NCBI RefSeq assembly: GCF_009914755.1
Contig: NC_060930.1
Reading direction: 5' to 3' (one strand)
Source of the DNA: the human T2T-CHM13v2.0 reference genome, Homo sapiens
Length of the DNA: 64,000 nt
The position numbers were made by a program, and so were the translations under genes. The notes beneath the pieces are model-generated. The model ran no database searches and was not told the DNA's origin. It saw nothing but the letters and a program-made list of their open reading frames with translations. Positions 60,043 to 64,000 of the stretch are shown here, one piece after another. Within the stretch, counting starts at the first letter, position 1. The number at the start of each line of letters is the position of its first letter.

Positions 60043-61505
60043 CTGCAGAGCCCTGTCCACCCATGGTCAATCCTGAAACTCTCCTTTGAGTCCCCCAGAC
60101 TTTCCTGGGCCCTCCGGTCTTGCAGGATCTTCTCTTTCTTTCACACCTGTCCTTCCTGGGCAACATTTCTCCCCGACAAACCAGCGCCTGACCCTTGAGC
60201 AGGTCTCACCCAATCCTGCGCTTGTTTTAACCATATCCTTAGTTAGGTTCTAAGGTCATTGCGGGCAGGGAGGTTCATTTTCCTATAGGCCTGAGCACAA
60301 GGTCAGCGTGTGATAAATATGTGTTGACCCTCATAGATCCCTGAAGCACAGAATGAAAAATAAAATTGCTTAAATTTACTGATTTCAGGATATGGGAACA
60401 AAGGAATTGTGTTTAAATGTAAAAAAGAAGTTCTAGAATTTCCACAGAATTTACATTCTTCTTGTTGTAAGGAATATGCCTGGTAATGGAACTCAAATAT
60501 CAGCTTGGATCACCCTGGCCTTTGAAATTTGAGGTAAAATTAGGCTTAAGCCGTATCCAGCGCACAACAGAAACCTCAGTGTCTCCCACCCAGGGACTGT
60601 CTCGGAGGCTGTGTGTTCAGATGTCACTTCTGCCTCCCGGCATCTGCTCCTGAGTTTTCACTCTTCAGCCTCCCCTCCCAAGGCCTCCTTCCTACCCTGG
60701 CACTGGGCTTCTTGCCCCGTCCCCCTAGAATCCGTGGCACAGGGGCTTTATCTGTGTGGAGTCTCTACAGACGGTTAGAAACACAGAGTCAGCTAGAAAT
60801 TAAGCAGTAGGCAGCTGTGATTTTTTTTTGACAGCTTTATTTCTAAAACACCTTCAGCAACCCCAGTCAAGGAGCTTCTCCCTCTAGACTTCAGCCTCCT
60901 GCTGAGTCACCTGCACCTTCTCTGCCTTCCTCCCCTTCCTCACATCCTCCCTGGCCCCATCTTCCAATTCCTCTGAACTTCTGCAGAGCAGCCAACTCTT
61001 CCTCCAGCTTCAACTTCCCCACCCCAAGCAGGTGGGGCATCCTGACCCTGAGCAAAAGCAGTTCTCTCCCTAAGAAACACCGGTGACTTTTGTTCATGGC
61101 ACTCCATGGATGCAAAGCTCTGAGTTCTGTTGAACAGGGACTCACCTACGAGTGGTGGTGCTATCAGCTGAGACGGGAAGCAGCACTCAGTAGAAGAAGA
61201 AAAGGCCTGGACTGGCGTGGGCATGCACTGGCTCGTGAGAAGCAGGGAAGGTCGCTCTTATGGGTCCCGTTTCTAAGTGACGTTCACGGCCTGGCTGTGT
61301 GTTGTCCAAGTGTTTTTCTTTCTTACCAAACCTTGGAGGTCTGGGAGCACCATATATGTCACACATGTGGGCAGGACTGGCCGTCGGGGCCGATGGGAGC
61401 TGCCTGGTGCACAAGTCCCTGGGGATGCCCATAAGTGCCTCACGTTGGCACTGAAGAAATGCAGACAGTGTGCCGCTTTGGGGAAGGCTTGTTGTTGCTG
61501 ATTTT

Positions 61506-61570
61506 ACACACACACACATATATATATACATACACACACACATATATACACATATATATGTATGTATACA
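61506..61570. repeat. (CA)/(TA) compound microsatellite
   Basis: Direct reading. Confidence 0.9.
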
Positions 61571-61955
61571 GAGTGCTATAAAGTTATTCTTATTTTGTGA
61601 GTGATACAACCTTATTATTTAAAAATTAGGAAGAAAGTTAAAAAGAGGGTAAAACTCATATCTCTTCATGAGAAATGATCACTGTGACTATTTCAGCATA
61701 CTTCCTCTGGCTCTGAGAAGAATCTTTAGGAAATAAGGAGCTTTTCATCTCCAGGGAGATGCTAGGGTCAGTTTCACCCCAAGGCAAAACCCTTCTCATT
61801 TTATGGGGCCAGATGCTGAAGATCAGAAACAGTTCGATCCTGCCCCGAGAAGGTGTCCGCCTCATCCTTGGAGTTAATGTGGCCACTTCCTAGGCAACTC
61901 AGAGGCTTTATGGGTCCTTTCGCCTCTTAAAATTAATTGAGTTATTCAGTAAATA

Positions 61956-62176
61956 CAGGTTAAGCATCCCTAATCCAAAAATACAAAATGCTCCAAAACT
62001 GTTTTAGTACCAAAACGACCCTTAAAGAAGGCACTCACTGGAGCGTTTTGGATGTTGGATATCAGATTAGGGATGCTCAGCCAGAATGAATTCTGCAAAT
62101 ATTCCAAAATCAAAAAAAATTTGAAATCTGAAACACTTCTGGTTCCAAGTATTTCAAATAAGGGACACTCAACCTG
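61956..62176. mobile_element. Tigger4a (MER46A-like) MITE, complete
   Basis: caggttaagcatccct...agggacactcaacctg terminal inverted repeats. Confidence 0.85.
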
Positions 62177-62515
62177 CACTTAGTGAGTGATGCCAGGGAG
62201 TGGTACCAGTCACTGTTCTAGGCACTGAGGGTGCGTTGGAGACAAAGTGACAGCAACGTCCATGCTTCTTCCTCGCAGAGGACAGAGCCATGAGGAGGGA
62301 GAGTCTCTTCACTTCTCTGGGCCTTAGTTTCCTCCCCAGGCAAATAAACTGAGGAGGCTGTACCCAAATAAACATCGTCAGAGCTTAGGGGAATCATGTG
62401 GAGTGCCTGTTTGTCTTAAACACAAGCATTTCTTTAAGGTTCCTTAAAAAAAAAAAAGAAAAGAAAAGCTAAAAATGTTAATGACCTCTGCATTTTATTT
62501 TCTGGTATGTCCAGG

Positions 62516-63165
<650 letters not shown>

Positions 63166-63209
63166 TAAACCCCACAAAATTTAAAATTCTTTGTAGAGTA
63201 GAAATGATG

Positions 63210-63305
63210 CTCTGGGAAAATACCCCCTGGGCAGGTGGTGGCTGCACATCCACTCTGGGAAAATACCCCCTGGGCAGGTGGTGGCTGCACACCCACTCTG
63301 GGAAA
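63210..63305. repeat. 43-bp tandem repeat, 2.2 copies
   Basis: ctctgggaaaataccccctgggcaggtggtggctgcaca(t/c)cca x2 plus ctctgggaaa. Confidence 0.95.
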
Positions 63306-64000
63306 CACTCTTCAGCTCGAAGATGGAGACCCTCTTTTCCTGCTCTCACACAACATGGGGATAACGTTGACGCGTTCTTGGTAGGCAGTGCAGTAGGCAA
63401 CATATCCAGACGCTGGGTGCCAGTGGTAGGCAGGAGAAACCACCGAGTGGGAGCAGATTTTCAGAAAAGGGAAACTAGAAAAAAACTTCCCAGCTGTGTC
63501 TCAGACAGGCCCTGTGGTCTGAGCTCCCATCCTTGACAAATGAGATTACTGAATGCGTGTTTAGCAGTTCCAAACGCTATTCATGATCCGACGTGACCCT
63601 CTAGTCTCTCAGACAGAGCGCAGCCCTGTTGCACAGGTGTGGAAATGGAAGCAAACAGGGAAGGTAACTTGCTGAAGGTCACACAAGCAGGACCTCGAAC
63701 CATGGCCCCTAACACCGATCGGGCACTTCTTCCCCTGTTCTGTTTCTCCTCTCTGGGACCTAAAATCCCTAAAAATTCCCTAAAAGTGGAGGTGTGCTGG
63801 AAGAGTCACAGATGGCTCTGTTTTGTTTATCAGGAAATTGAGCAAGGTGCCTAACGGAAACCAAAAGGGCACCGGGGCACGTACACATGCCCTGACTTTG
63901 TTTCTCTCTTTGGCTGGTGTAACTGCTGCTACATGGACAGCGGAGCACACTGATGACTTCACAAGACTGATGCTGAGCGCCCCTCCTTGCGGCAGATCCT

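Overview
Left chromosome end (C-rich strand on +) of a human or closely related hominoid genome; the chromosome cannot be assigned from the sequence alone. Layout: ~2.9 kb (CCCTAA)n telomere with a proximal variant zone including a CCCTGA block; TAR1 with CTCF-bearing ~61-bp repeats but no 29-bp array; then a subtelomeric patchwork of L1, Alu, MIR/L2, LTR and DNA-transposon remnants. No intact protein-coding gene is supported. The only recognisable gene-derived sequence is three disabled, intron-separated C-terminal exons of an ANKRD18/ANKRD26-family gene on the minus strand (22.5-25.5 kb). The most unusual structures are (i) three LTR12 (ERV9) LTRs in +/-/+ orientation within 3 kb of a G-rich degenerate repeat (32.7-35.6 kb), one with non-matching flanks, and (ii) a rearrangement junction at ~17.0 kb with iterated, inverted, apparently templated filler DNA. 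I found no demonstrably new biological system; the best candidate is an LTR12-driven, telomere-facing transcription unit, which is only a hypothesis. Repeat family names come from recalled consensus sequences, not a database search, and repeat boundaries are approximate unless a TSD is quoted.
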